From Volucribacter amazonae (GTDB taxonomy: Bacteria > Pseudomonadota > Gammaproteobacteria > Enterobacterales > Pasteurellaceae), in NCBI RefSeq assembly GCF_029783845.1, contig NZ_LWID01000001.1:178565-202564 (forward strand): a DNA stretch of 24,000 bases. The letters are read 5' to 3'. The stretch's first letter is position 1. Each line of letters starts with the position of its first letter. Under the pieces are notes generated by a model, which was given only the letters and a program-made list of their open reading frames with translations, did not search any database and was not told where the DNA came from. Positions 15,893-24,000 of the stretch are shown here, piece by piece. A program made the translations under genes and the position numbers.

Positions 15893-17827
15893 ATGAATAT
15901 TATTGAAATTAAGCAAATCAACAAATATTTTGGTCAAGATGATAATCGCACACAGGTGTTAAAAGACGTTAATCTTACGATTAAAAAAGGCGATTTTGTG
16001 GCGATTATCGGTACTTCGGGTTCAGGCAAATCCACCTTAATGAACATTATTGGCTGTTTAGATACCGCATCATCAGGTTCATATCAAATTGAACAGCAGG
16101 AAGTGAGCCATTTAAATGCTGATGCCCTATCCGATTTACGCCAAAAGAAATTCGGCTTTATTTTTCAACGTTATAACTTATTATCTACCCTTTCTGCCCT
16201 AGAAAATGTGGCATTACCTGCCATTTATTCAGGTATGGATCAGAAAAGCCGTCTTGAACGAGCAAAACAATTATTAACTAAATTAGGGCTTGGCGATAAG
16301 TTAAACAATAAACCGAGCCAATTATCAGGCGGACAACAACAGCGTGTCAGTATCGCTCGTGCCTTAATGAACGGCGGCGAAATTATTCTTGCTGACGAAC
16401 CCACTGGGGCGTTAGATTCTAAAAGTGGCGAAACCGTCATGGAAATTTTGACCCAACTTCATCAAGAGGGGCATACCATTATTTTGGTTACCCACGATAA
16501 GCATATCGCTGAGTTTGCTAATCGTGTTATTGAAATTAAAGACGGACGCATTATTCGTGATCAACAAAAATCAGAAAAAATTATTGAAAAATCCACCGCA
16601 CTTTCCCCCGTAAAACGAGGTCTGAGCTTTTATCGTGATCAATTTATTGAATCCTTTAAAATGTCGGTTTCCGCCATTATCGCCCATAAATTACGTTCCT
16701 TATTAACGATGTTAGGCATTATTATTGGTATAACTTCTGTGGTATGTGTGGTGGCGTTAGGTAATGGCTCACAACAAAAAATTCTGTCTAATATTAATGC
16801 CTTAGGTACAAATACGATGGATATTTATAATGGTACAGGTTTTGGCGATCGGCGAGCAGATCGCACTAAAAATCTTACCGTTGCCGATTCCGATATTTTA
16901 GCCAAACAAAGTTATATTGAAAGCTCTACCCCTAACAGTTCGGTCAGTGGTAACCTTACCTATGGCAATCAAACCCTTACCGCACAAATTCGTGGTGTCG
17001 GTGAACAATATTTTGATGTCAAGGGCATTAAAGCCTTGCAAGGGCAATTTTTTAATGCGGATCAAGTAAAACATAGCGAACAAGTTGCCGTTGTGGATCA
17101 AAATACCGTTACACAACTGTTTAAAGACAGCTCGCCATTGGGCAAAATCATTTTAGTCAACAAAAAACCTTTACGCATTATTGGCGTTGCCGAATTGCAA
17201 TCAACTATGGGTATGCAAAGTAATAGCCTCAATGTTTGGATTCCTTATACCACCGCAATGAATAAAATTTCTGGCGATCGCCATATTGATTCCATTACGG
17301 TTAAAATTAAAGACGATGTGAATACCCAAGTGGCAGAAAAAGATTTAACCCATTTGCTTACGGTACGACATGGCAAAAAAGATTTCTTTGTAATGAACTC
17401 TGATACCATTAAACAAACCGTAGAAAACACCACCAATACAATGAAACTGTTAATTTCGTCCATTGCTTTAATTTCCCTCGTAGTGGGCGGTATTGGTGTG
17501 ATGAACATTATGCTCGTTTCCGTCACAGAACGCACCAAAGAAATTGGAGTAAGAATGGCGATTGGGGCAAGACAATCCAATATCTTACAGCAATTTTTAA
17601 TTGAAGCCATTTTAATTTGTTTAATTGGTGGGGTTACAGGGATTGTTTTATCGGTAATTATTGGTGTAATTTTTAATCAATTTAGTTCTGAATTTGTTAT
17701 GGTATTTTCTACCTTTTCTATTGTAACAGCCGTAATTTGCTCTACCTTAATTGGCGTAATTTTTGGTTATATGCCCGCCAAAAATGCTGCCCAGCTCAAT
17801 CCAATTACTGCGTTAGCAAGAGAATAA
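15893..17827 (+). CDS. macB: MacB-type ABC transporter (fused ATPase and FtsX-like permease)
   Basis: Walker [10 protein letters not shown], signature LSGGQQQRV, Walker B ILADEPT, then a 4-TM permease with a large periplasmic domain. The start at MNIIEIK has a GGTGG RBS. The alternative ATG at 15878 abuts the macA stop. Confidence 0.93.
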   Translation: MNIIEIKQINKYFGQDDNRTQVLKDVNLTIKKGDFVAIIGTSGSGKSTLMNIIGCLDTASSGSYQIEQQEVSHLNADALSDLRQKKFGFIFQRYNLLSTLSALENVALPAIYSGMDQKSRLERAKQLLTKLGLGDKLNNKPSQLSGGQQQRVSIARALMNGGEIILADEPTGALDSKSGETVMEILTQLHQEGHTIILVTHDKHIAEFANRVIEIKDGRIIRDQQKSEKIIEKSTALSPVKRGLSFYRDQFIESFKMSVSAIIAHKLRSLLTMLGIIIGITSVVCVVALGNGSQQKILSNINALGTNTMDIYNGTGFGDRRADRTKNLTVADSDILAKQSYIESSTPNSSVSGNLTYGNQTLTAQIRGVGEQYFDVKGIKALQGQFFNADQVKHSEQVAVVDQNTVTQLFKDSSPLGKIILVNKKPLRIIGVAELQSTMGMQSNSLNVWIPYTTAMNKISGDRHIDSITVKIKDDVNTQVAEKDLTHLLTVRHGKKDFFVMNSDTIKQTVENTTNTMKLLISSIALISLVVGGIGVMNIMLVSVTERTKEIGVRMAIGARQSNILQQFLIEAILICLIGGVTGIVLSVIIGVIFNQFSSEFVMVFSTFSIVTAVICSTLIGVIFGYMPAKNAAQLNPITALARE

Positions 17828-17899
17828 ATCAATATCATTACAATATTTATGCAACAAAAAACAAGCAAAAAAAAGAAAATTTTGCTAAGATTATCCACA

Positions 17900-17926
17900 A
17901 AAGTGCGGTAAAACTGACCGCACTTT
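17900..17926. repeat. inverted pair of uptake signal sequences forming a hairpin between macB and the outer-membrane factor gene
   Basis: AAAGTGCGGT-aaaactg-ACCGCACTTT, with USS cores at 17901-17909 (+) and 17917-17925 (-). Confidence 0.7.
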
Positions 17927-17954
17927 ACTATTATTAACCTAAAGAGAGAAAGTT

Positions 17955-19346
17955 ATGAAATTAAATAAAATCGCCCTTGCTTTAGCCCTTTCTACCGCGC
18001 TGGTAGGCTGTGCAAATTTAGACGATTCCTTCAATGCCACTGAACAAAATTTCCAACAATATGAGGCTATTAGCAAACAATATGAAGTTAATGAAAACTG
18101 GTGGAGTTTATACCAAGATCCACAATTAGATCGCCTCGTGAATCTTGCCCTAGAAAACAATAAAGATCTGGCTAAAGCTGCTATTAGCGTTAATACCGCA
18201 TTATATAATGCCAACTTATTAGGGGCTGATTTAGTACCAACCTTTAGTGGCTCAGTCAGTTCATCTGCACAAAAAAATATTAATACAGGCGGTGCATCAA
18301 CCATTAGTCATGGTGGTTCATTATCCGTTAGCTATACCCTAGATTTATGGCGACGTTTAGCTGATGCTGCCAATGCTGCTGAATGGACACACGCCGCTAC
18401 CGTAGAAGATCTGGCGGCAACTCGCTTATCATTAATTAATAGTGTAATTACTAGCTACTATCAAATTGCTTACCTAAAAGATGCCATTAAGGTTACCGAG
18501 CAAACCATTAAATATTACAGCCAAATCAATGACGTAATGCAAAATAAATGGCGACAAGGGGTAGCGGATCGTGCGAGTAGCGATCAAGCACAACAATCCG
18601 TTCTCACCGCTCGCAATACCCTAATCAGCTATCAAACTCAATTAAAAACTGCTGAGCAAACTTTGCGTAACCTATTGAATTTAAAACCAAATGAACCGCT
18701 TAATGTGGTTTATCCTGAAATCCTTAATGTCAAATTAGCAGGGGTAAACCTTAATGTACCTGTCTCCGCAATCGCTAACCGCCCTGACGTAAAAGGTTAT
18801 GAATACCGTTTACGCAGTGCCTTTAAAGATGCCAAAGCCACCCAAAAAAGCTGGTTCCCAAGCATTACCCTTGGTGGCTCACTCAGCTACAGTGGCAATA
18901 AAGTGGACAATGCTTTCAATACACCTATCGCAGGGGGAACCGTATCCATTAGCTTACCATTCTTAAGCTGGAATACGGTAAAATGGAATGTGAAAATTTC
19001 AGAAGCGGCTTATGAAACGGCAAAAGTCAACTTTGAACAATCCATTACCACCGCATTAAATGAAATTGACACCAATTATTATAGTTACAGTCAAGCCTTG
19101 CAAAATTTTGCTAACTTACAGAAAAAATATGATTACGACAAACGTATCAGCCAATACTATAAAAACCGCTATGATGCAGGTGTATCAGAATTAAGCGATT
19201 GGTTAAGTGCCATTAACACCGAAAAAGCCTCAGAGTTATCAATACTTAATGCCAAATATAGCCTAATTCAAGATGAAAATGCCGTATATAGTGCAATGGG
19301 TGGCTATTATTCGCCTTATCAATTAGCTACGCCGATTAATAACTAA
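17955..19346 (+). CDS. efflux outer-membrane factor lipoprotein (NodT/TolC family)
   Basis: 463-aa ORF with a lipoprotein signal peptide and lipobox (ALALALSTALVGC). Two OEP-type repeat halves. Third gene of the macAB cluster. Confidence 0.88.
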   Translation: MKLNKIALALALSTALVGCANLDDSFNATEQNFQQYEAISKQYEVNENWWSLYQDPQLDRLVNLALENNKDLAKAAISVNTALYNANLLGADLVPTFSGSVSSSAQKNINTGGASTISHGGSLSVSYTLDLWRRLADAANAAEWTHAATVEDLAATRLSLINSVITSYYQIAYLKDAIKVTEQTIKYYSQINDVMQNKWRQGVADRASSDQAQQSVLTARNTLISYQTQLKTAEQTLRNLLNLKPNEPLNVVYPEILNVKLAGVNLNVPVSAIANRPDVKGYEYRLRSAFKDAKATQKSWFPSITLGGSLSYSGNKVDNAFNTPIAGGTVSISLPFLSWNTVKWNVKISEAAYETAKVNFEQSITTALNEIDTNYYSYSQALQNFANLQKKYDYDKRISQYYKNRYDAGVSELSDWLSAINTEKASELSILNAKYSLIQDENAVYSAMGGYYSPYQLATPINN

Positions 19347-19376
19347 TTGATTTATCAAAGATAATCTACTCTAATA

Positions 19377-19416
19377 ATTGCCCCAATAGTTAGAAAAAAC
19401 TGACTAAGGGGCAAAT
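19377..19416 (+). terminator. weak hairpin after the outer-membrane factor gene
   Basis: ATTGCCCC-23 nt-GGGGCAAAT followed by TTCTT. The large loop makes this low confidence. Confidence 0.25.
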
Positions 19417-19493
19417 TTCTTATAACTCAATATATCTAGCAACTTAATCTTCTCTCTTTCTAAAAATAAATAAAAATTTTATGATAGTCTTTA

Positions 19494-19583
19494 ATGCTTT
19501 TTAATGAAAATGCTAAAATTGTGGAATTTTATAAATTATATAGTGATGTTAAAGTTATAGGTACAGTTCCAATTAAGGAGTAA
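19494..19583 (+). other. 29-codon coding remnant / mini-ORF A (toxin C-terminal-tail-like), coupled to the downstream gene
   Basis: Translation is MLFNENAKIVEFYKLYSDVKVIGTVPIKE*. It is paralogous to 20468-20557. Stops at 19482-19487 close the frame upstream. Its last codons contain the AAGGAG RBS of the next gene. Confidence 0.35.
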
Positions 19584-19587
19584 ATTA

Positions 19588-20411
19588 ATGAGTGAATTTG
19601 AAATGAAAAAGCGGGCTATATTTTTAAAAGAGAATCATATGCAAGATTACAAAACTTATTTAATTAAAAATAAGAAAAAAGATGTATTTTCAATAATTGC
19701 CCCTGATTATATAAAAGAGGATCCTGATGATCCGAATAGATTAAATTCTTATTACCGTTCATTAAGTTGGCGTCAAATAAATAGTCAAATGGAGCTTTGT
19801 CAGTTACTCTATTCTGCGGGTGAAAATAAAGATATTGTTATTAGTGAAACTCGTCAAATGTTACAGCGTTTTCATCGTCATTTTGATATTGATTTTCCAA
19901 AACGAAAATTATATTTGTCTTCGCCAGACAGTTATGCTTATATTTTATGGTTACTAGGGTTAGCCGTTTTAGTCAATGATCAAGAAACCTTAATGCGTAT
20001 TCCACAATGGCTTGGCGGTAGTGATGAAAATGACTCTTTATACCTTATGTCGATCCGCCAATGAAAACCTTACTTGATTTTTTAGGTTATCAAGGGGCTT
20101 TAGCCGTGGCTGATAAGCCTTTTTTTCCAAAATCCTGTTATCGTTATTTTCCTGAATTAGTACAAAGCAAAATTGATTCTGAACGTGAAAGGTTATTAAT
20201 CCAATACTTAAAAGATTGGTATAAAAGTAATAAAGACACTTATTGGTATAATTACCATAAAGATTGTGAAGAATTCTTTTTTGGTTATTGGTCATTTGAA
20301 GCAGGGGCATTGGCGTTGCTATTAAATATTGATATAGAACGTTCAGGTATCGCAGAAAAACCTTTCTTTCCAGCAGATTATGTTCGTTGGGCGAGAGAGA
20401 TTAGGGGGTAA
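19588..20411 (+). pseudogene. frameshifted paralog (copy A) of the 277-aa gene at 20561; split into 158-aa and 116-aa ORFs
   Basis: Collinear with 20561-21394 apart from a 2-bp insertion at 20040-20041 (CTTTATACC versus CTTTACC in copy B). The 5' ORF stops at TGA 20062-20064. That stop overlaps the ATG of the 3' ORF at 20061 (ATGA). Confidence 0.7.
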
Positions 20412-20461
20412 TATTATTAGAGGGAGCTTGGCTTTCTCTTTTTGTTATACGGCGATGGAAA

Positions 20462-20557
20462 ATGGCTATGATCGTTGATGAAAATGGTAAAGTAGTTGAA
20501 ATTTATAAATTATCAAGCGAAGCAAAAGTTATAGGTACAGTTCCAATTAAGGAGTAA
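20462..20557 (+). other. 31-codon coding remnant / mini-ORF B (toxin C-terminal-tail-like), coupled to the downstream gene
   Basis: Translation is MAMIVDENGKVVEIYKLSSEAKVIGTVPIKE*. The open frame extends back to the TAG at 20402-20404. Its last codons contain the AAGGAG RBS of the next gene. Confidence 0.35.
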
Positions 20558-20560
20558 TTA

Positions 20561-21394
20561 ATGAATGAGTTTGAAGCCAAAAAACGAGCTATATTTTTAA
20601 AAAATAATTATATGCGAGAATATAAAGATTATTTTATAGAAAATAAACAGAAAGATATATTTACTATTGAGGCTCCTGATTATATAAAAAATGACCCTAA
20701 TGATCCGAATAGTTTGAACTCCTATTATCGTAGATTAAGTTGGAACCAAACTAGTAATCAATTAGAGTTTTGTCAATTGTTATATTCAGCAGGAGAAAGT
20801 AAAGAGATCGTTATTAGTGAAACTTGTCAAATGTTACAACGTTTTCATCGTCATTTTGATATTGATTTTCCAAAACGAAAATTATATTTGTCTTCGCCAG
20901 ACAGTTATGCTTATATTTTATGGCTATTAGGGCTAGCCGTTTTAGTCAATGATCAAGAAACCTTAATGCGTATTCCACAATGGCTTGGCGGTAGTGATGA
21001 AAATGACTCTTTACCTTATGTCGATCCGCCAATGAAAGCCTTACTTGATTTTTTAGGTTATCAAGGAGCTTTGGCAGTGGCAGATAAGCCTTTTTTTCCA
21101 AAAGCCTGTTATCGTTATTTTCCTGAATTAGTACAAAGCAAAATTGATTCTGAATGTGAAAAGCTATTAATCCAATATTTAAAAGATTGGTATAAAAGTA
21201 ATAAAAACACTTATTGGTATGATAGACATAAGCGAAATGATGGAAAATTCTTTTTCGGTTATTGGTCATTTGAGGCGGGGGCATTGGTGTTGCTATTAAA
21301 TATTGATATAGAACGTTCAGGTATTGCAGAAAAACCTTTCTTTCCAGCAGATTATGTTTGTTGGGCGAGAGAGATTAGGGCTAAGGATTCATAG
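20561..21394 (+). CDS. 277-aa two-domain protein (copy B, intact); candidate polymorphic-toxin immunity protein, possibly PoNi-like (DUF1910/DUF1911)
   Basis: Intact ORF with strong RBS AAGGAG. Soluble. The C-terminal motifs FFFGYWSFEAGAL and PFFPADYV recall DUF1911-type immunity proteins, from memory and unverified. The tandem paralog and the upstream toxin-tail-like remnant support an immunity-type context. Confidence 0.75.
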   Translation: MNEFEAKKRAIFLKNNYMREYKDYFIENKQKDIFTIEAPDYIKNDPNDPNSLNSYYRRLSWNQTSNQLEFCQLLYSAGESKEIVISETCQMLQRFHRHFDIDFPKRKLYLSSPDSYAYILWLLGLAVLVNDQETLMRIPQWLGGSDENDSLPYVDPPMKALLDFLGYQGALAVADKPFFPKACYRYFPELVQSKIDSECEKLLIQYLKDWYKSNKNTYWYDRHKRNDGKFFFGYWSFEAGALVLLLNIDIERSGIAEKPFFPADYVCWAREIRAKDS

Positions 21395-21512
21395 CCCCAA
21401 GTTCCTTTGAGGTAATATAGCCATTCTACGAAAGGAATACTTCGTTCGTACACCTTATCTTTCAATTTAAAATGGCGATAAACTAAAAGTGCGGTGCATT
21501 TTAGAAAAACTT

Positions 21513-22580
21513 TTAATCTCGTTTACGGCTTAATAACCACCAAGTAATCACTAAAAATAACAAACTTGGAATTAATGCCCCTACAATAGGGGCAACGTTA
21601 TACACTAAACTCAATGGTCCAAAAATTTCGTTGACCACATAAAACAAAAAGCCAAAACAAATCCCTGTTACAATTCTCGCCCCTGCGGTAACGCCACGTA
21701 GCGGGCCGAAAATAAAAGAAAGGGCGAGTAACATCATTACCCCTACCGAAATGGGTTGAAATAATTTACGCCAATAGGTCAATTCAAATTTTTTTGCATC
21801 TTGCCCCGTTTGTTTTAAAAAGCTAATGTAATTAGATAACCCCGTAATAGATAAAGAGGTTGGACGTAAAGAAACAATCCCTAATTTATCTGGGGTTAAA
21901 TTGGTTTGCCAAACTTGATTTAAACGGCTTGTGGTTTGAATTTCATCAGGCAAAATTTGTGATTGGTTTACTTGGCTTAAAAGCCATTCTCCATTTTCAT
22001 ATTTTGCCGAATTTGCATGGCTTACCGATTTAAGCTGACGATCTTGGAATTGATAAATATACAAATTTTGTAAATAATTATCTTCACTGATCCGTTGCAC
22101 ATAAATAAAATTATCCCCATCTTTCGCCCAAACACCTTGTTTTACTGACAACAATGAACCACCAGCTAAGGCTTTTGCTCGCATATCTCGAGCAAATTGT
22201 TCTGTTTGTGGAATGCCCCATTCGCCAATAATCATGGTAAAAATTACTAATGGTAAAGCGGTTTTCATCACTGATGCACCAATTTTTAAACGAGAATAAC
22301 CTGCTGCTTGCATCACAATTAATTCACTACGGCTAGCTAAATTACCTAACGCAATTAATGCCCCCAATAACGCAGCCATAGGAAAAAAAGTTTCAATATC
22401 TTTGGGAATGGTTAATAGGGTATATAATACTGCTTGCAAAGTATCATAACTGCCTTTACCAACACTACGAAATTGCTCAACAAATTTAATAATGGCTGAT
22501 AATCCCACAAGGGTAAATAAGGTGGCAAAAATCGCCCCTAAAATGCTTTTACCAATATAACGATCTAATACATTCAGCAT
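21513..22580 (-). CDS. lptG: LPS export ABC transporter permease LptG
   Basis: 355-aa ORF collinear with E. coli LptG (VLDRYIGK, ELIVMQAAGYS, NLTPDKLG, FIFGPLR). Follows lptF. Confidence 0.95.
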   Translation of the reverse strand: MLNVLDRYIGKSILGAIFATLFTLVGLSAIIKFVEQFRSVGKGSYDTLQAVLYTLLTIPKDIETFFPMAALLGALIALGNLASRSELIVMQAAGYSRLKIGASVMKTALPLVIFTMIIGEWGIPQTEQFARDMRAKALAGGSLLSVKQGVWAKDGDNFIYVQRISEDNYLQNLYIYQFQDRQLKSVSHANSAKYENGEWLLSQVNQSQILPDEIQTTSRLNQVWQTNLTPDKLGIVSLRPTSLSITGLSNYISFLKQTGQDAKKFELTYWRKLFQPISVGVMMLLALSFIFGPLRGVTAGARIVTGICFGFLFYVVNEIFGPLSLVYNVAPIVGALIPSLLFLVITWWLLSRKRD

Positions 22581-22585
22581 ATTTA

Positions 22586-23692
22586 TTATCCTTTTAATGC
22601 CACTTTATTGCGTATGATATGGCGAATTTTGTACATTAATGCCGTATCCCAACTATTTAGCCATATTGCTAACAATAAGAATACTAGATTAACCAATGGC
22701 ATTAATAATCCAACATCAAGTTTACCCGCTGTCCCCGCTGATTTTAGCGAGCTTTGTAATAAGAAATAAATTAAATAAAGTAATAACGCAGGTAATATTT
22801 TGGCAAAACGTCCTTGCCGAGGGTTGACTTTACTCATAGGCACTGCTAACAATGCCATAATAGGCACTGCAACAATGAGACTTATACGCCAATTTAATTC
22901 CGCTCTTACAATACTTGAGTTATCGCTAATCAATTTGTGAAAATCAAGTAAATCCGTATCATTATCCTGTGCAGTAACATCTTGATGCCCTAAATAGGCT
23001 TGGTATTGATCAAATTCAGTAATTTTAAAATCAGGTAATACCGCACTTCCTTCAATACGTTGGCTATGACTTAAAGTTAAAATCTGATCACCATTTGGCA
23101 ACGATTGCATTTCCCCCGTTTCTGCAACCACCACCGAGGGCTTGGTTTTACCTCGTTCTCGCATTTGAAATAAATAAATATCTTTTATTTTGTTATCTTC
23201 TAGCTTATCAATAAACAACACAAAATCGCCATTATTTGACGACATAAACTGCCCTGCCGTTAATGCCGCCATACGAGGATTTGCTTTCGCCTCTTCAATG
23301 ATTTGTGCTTGTTGCTGAATTGCCCAAGGAGAAAGCCATAAGGCATTATAGGCAGCAATGCCCGCAGTAAAGAGAGATAACATTAAAACGACACGAACCA
23401 AAATCCGTTGCCCTACGCCACAAGCACGCATTACCGTTACTTCACTTTCCGCATACAATCGCCCTAACGTAAGAAGTACCGCAATAAATAAAGACAACGG
23501 CAACATCAACTGTGCCATAGTGGGCATACCTAATCCCAACAAAGAAACCACTAAATCCGCTGGCACATTACCACTGGCAGCAGAACCTAATACACGAACT
23601 AACTGCTGACAGAAAAAAATCAATAATAAAATAAATAAAATCGCAATCTGGCTTTTAAAGATTTCTTTAATCAAATATCTTGTTAAAATCAC
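22586..23692 (-). CDS. lptF: LPS export ABC transporter permease LptF
   Basis: 368-aa ORF collinear with E. coli LptF ([42 protein letters not shown]). Divergent from pepA as in E. coli. Confidence 0.95.
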   Translation of the reverse strand: MILTRYLIKEIFKSQIAILFILLLIFFCQQLVRVLGSAASGNVPADLVVSLLGLGMPTMAQLMLPLSLFIAVLLTLGRLYAESEVTVMRACGVGQRILVRVVLMLSLFTAGIAAYNALWLSPWAIQQQAQIIEEAKANPRMAALTAGQFMSSNNGDFVLFIDKLEDNKIKDIYLFQMRERGKTKPSVVVAETGEMQSLPNGDQILTLSHSQRIEGSAVLPDFKITEFDQYQAYLGHQDVTAQDNDTDLLDFHKLISDNSSIVRAELNWRISLIVAVPIMALLAVPMSKVNPRQGRFAKILPALLLYLIYFLLQSSLKSAGTAGKLDVGLLMPLVNLVFLLLAIWLNSWDTALMYKIRHIIRNKVALKG

Positions 23693-23793
23693 AAACTAAC
23701 CTTGTATCATCAAAACTTAATATTATTATTCAATTTGCTATAATAATGGGGTTGCCTATTTTACAACAGAAACAGAGGAAAAGAGGAATAAAA

Positions 23794-24000
23794 ATGCAAT
23801 ACAATGTAAAAAATACCGATTTTAATCAATTAGACCAACAATGTTTAATCTTAGCGGTTTATCAAGAGAAAAAACTCTCGCCAACAGCCGATCAATTTGA
23901 TCAACAACATCAACATATTCTCAGCAATATCCTTGCTCGCTCACATTTTAGCGGTGAACAAGGCGAACATTTGTTATTACAATATTTACCAGAGGTTAAA
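23794..24000 (+). CDS. pepA: leucyl aminopeptidase (PepA), N-terminal part; runs off the right edge
   Basis: Translation is MQYNVKNTDFNQLDQQCLILAVYQEKKLSPTADQFDQQ...GEQGEHLLLQYLPEV. It aligns with the E. coli PepA N-terminus (M.F.VK...C.VVGVFE.RRLSP.AEQLD...G.PGQTLLL..VP.V). RBS AGAGGA. The divergent lptF synteny is conserved. Confidence 0.85.
   Translation, partial: MQYNVKNTDFNQLDQQCLILAVYQEKKLSPTADQFDQQHQHILSNILARSHFSGEQGEHLLLQYLPEVK

Noticed and set aside
17737-17937. 66-aa ORF spanning the macB 3' end and the macB-OMF spacer.
   Set aside because: It is out of frame within macB, runs through the A-rich spacer and the USS hairpin, and has no RBS. It is a spurious ORF.
20038-21284. Antisense ORFs 20038-20310 and 20946-21284, present in both tandem copies with similar sequences (MPLLQMTNNQKRI... 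/ MPPPQMTNNRKRI...).
   Set aside because: Their similarity follows automatically from the duplication of the sense genes. They have no RBS, and substitutions between the copies track the sense-strand codons.
21451-21485. Possible collapsed MITE (left-TIR interior fused to the right TIR): CTTATCTTTCAATTTAAAATGGCGATAAACTA, between copy B and lptG.
   Set aside because: Only ~30 bp, the outer TIR bases are not conserved and there is no core sequence. It is suggestive but insufficient.

Overview
AT-rich gamma-proteobacterial chromosome segment. It looks Pasteurellaceae-like: at least 10 Hin-type uptake signal sequences (AAGTGCGGT), plus ackA-pta, aroF-tyrA, hns-purU and lptGF/pepA gene order. Most of it is core metabolism and envelope genes: yfbV (5' part), ackA, pta, dld, tyrA, aroF, an NhaC-family transporter behind a lysine riboswitch, hns, purU, tRNA-Leu(CAA), a 113-aa orphan, yeeE-yeeD, a macA-macB-outer-membrane-factor efflux operon, lptG, lptF and pepA (5' part). 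Four things are not explained by routine annotation. (1) A family of ~106-bp miniature inverted-repeat elements occurs as 4 full copies and 1 shortened copy. They have ~23-bp TA-ended terminal inverted repeats, and their core reads as homologous to the short form of the Neisseria Correia element. One copy sits inside the yeeE-yeeD operon and supplies the yeeE stop codon. (2) A ~974-bp tandem duplication (about 19.45-21.39 kb) carries two paralogous ~277-codon genes, one split by a 2-bp insertion. Each is preceded by a conserved 3' coding remnant ending ...KVIGTVPIKE*, which resembles orphan toxin-tail/immunity cassettes. (3) A 30-codon hydrophobic ORF missing from the ORF track has its own promoter, RBS and terminator. 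(4) Candidate cis-regulatory sites include TyrR boxes, an 18-bp palindrome upstream of macA, and an inverted USS pair inside the efflux operon. All homology statements come from reading the translations and from memory of the families; no searches were run.
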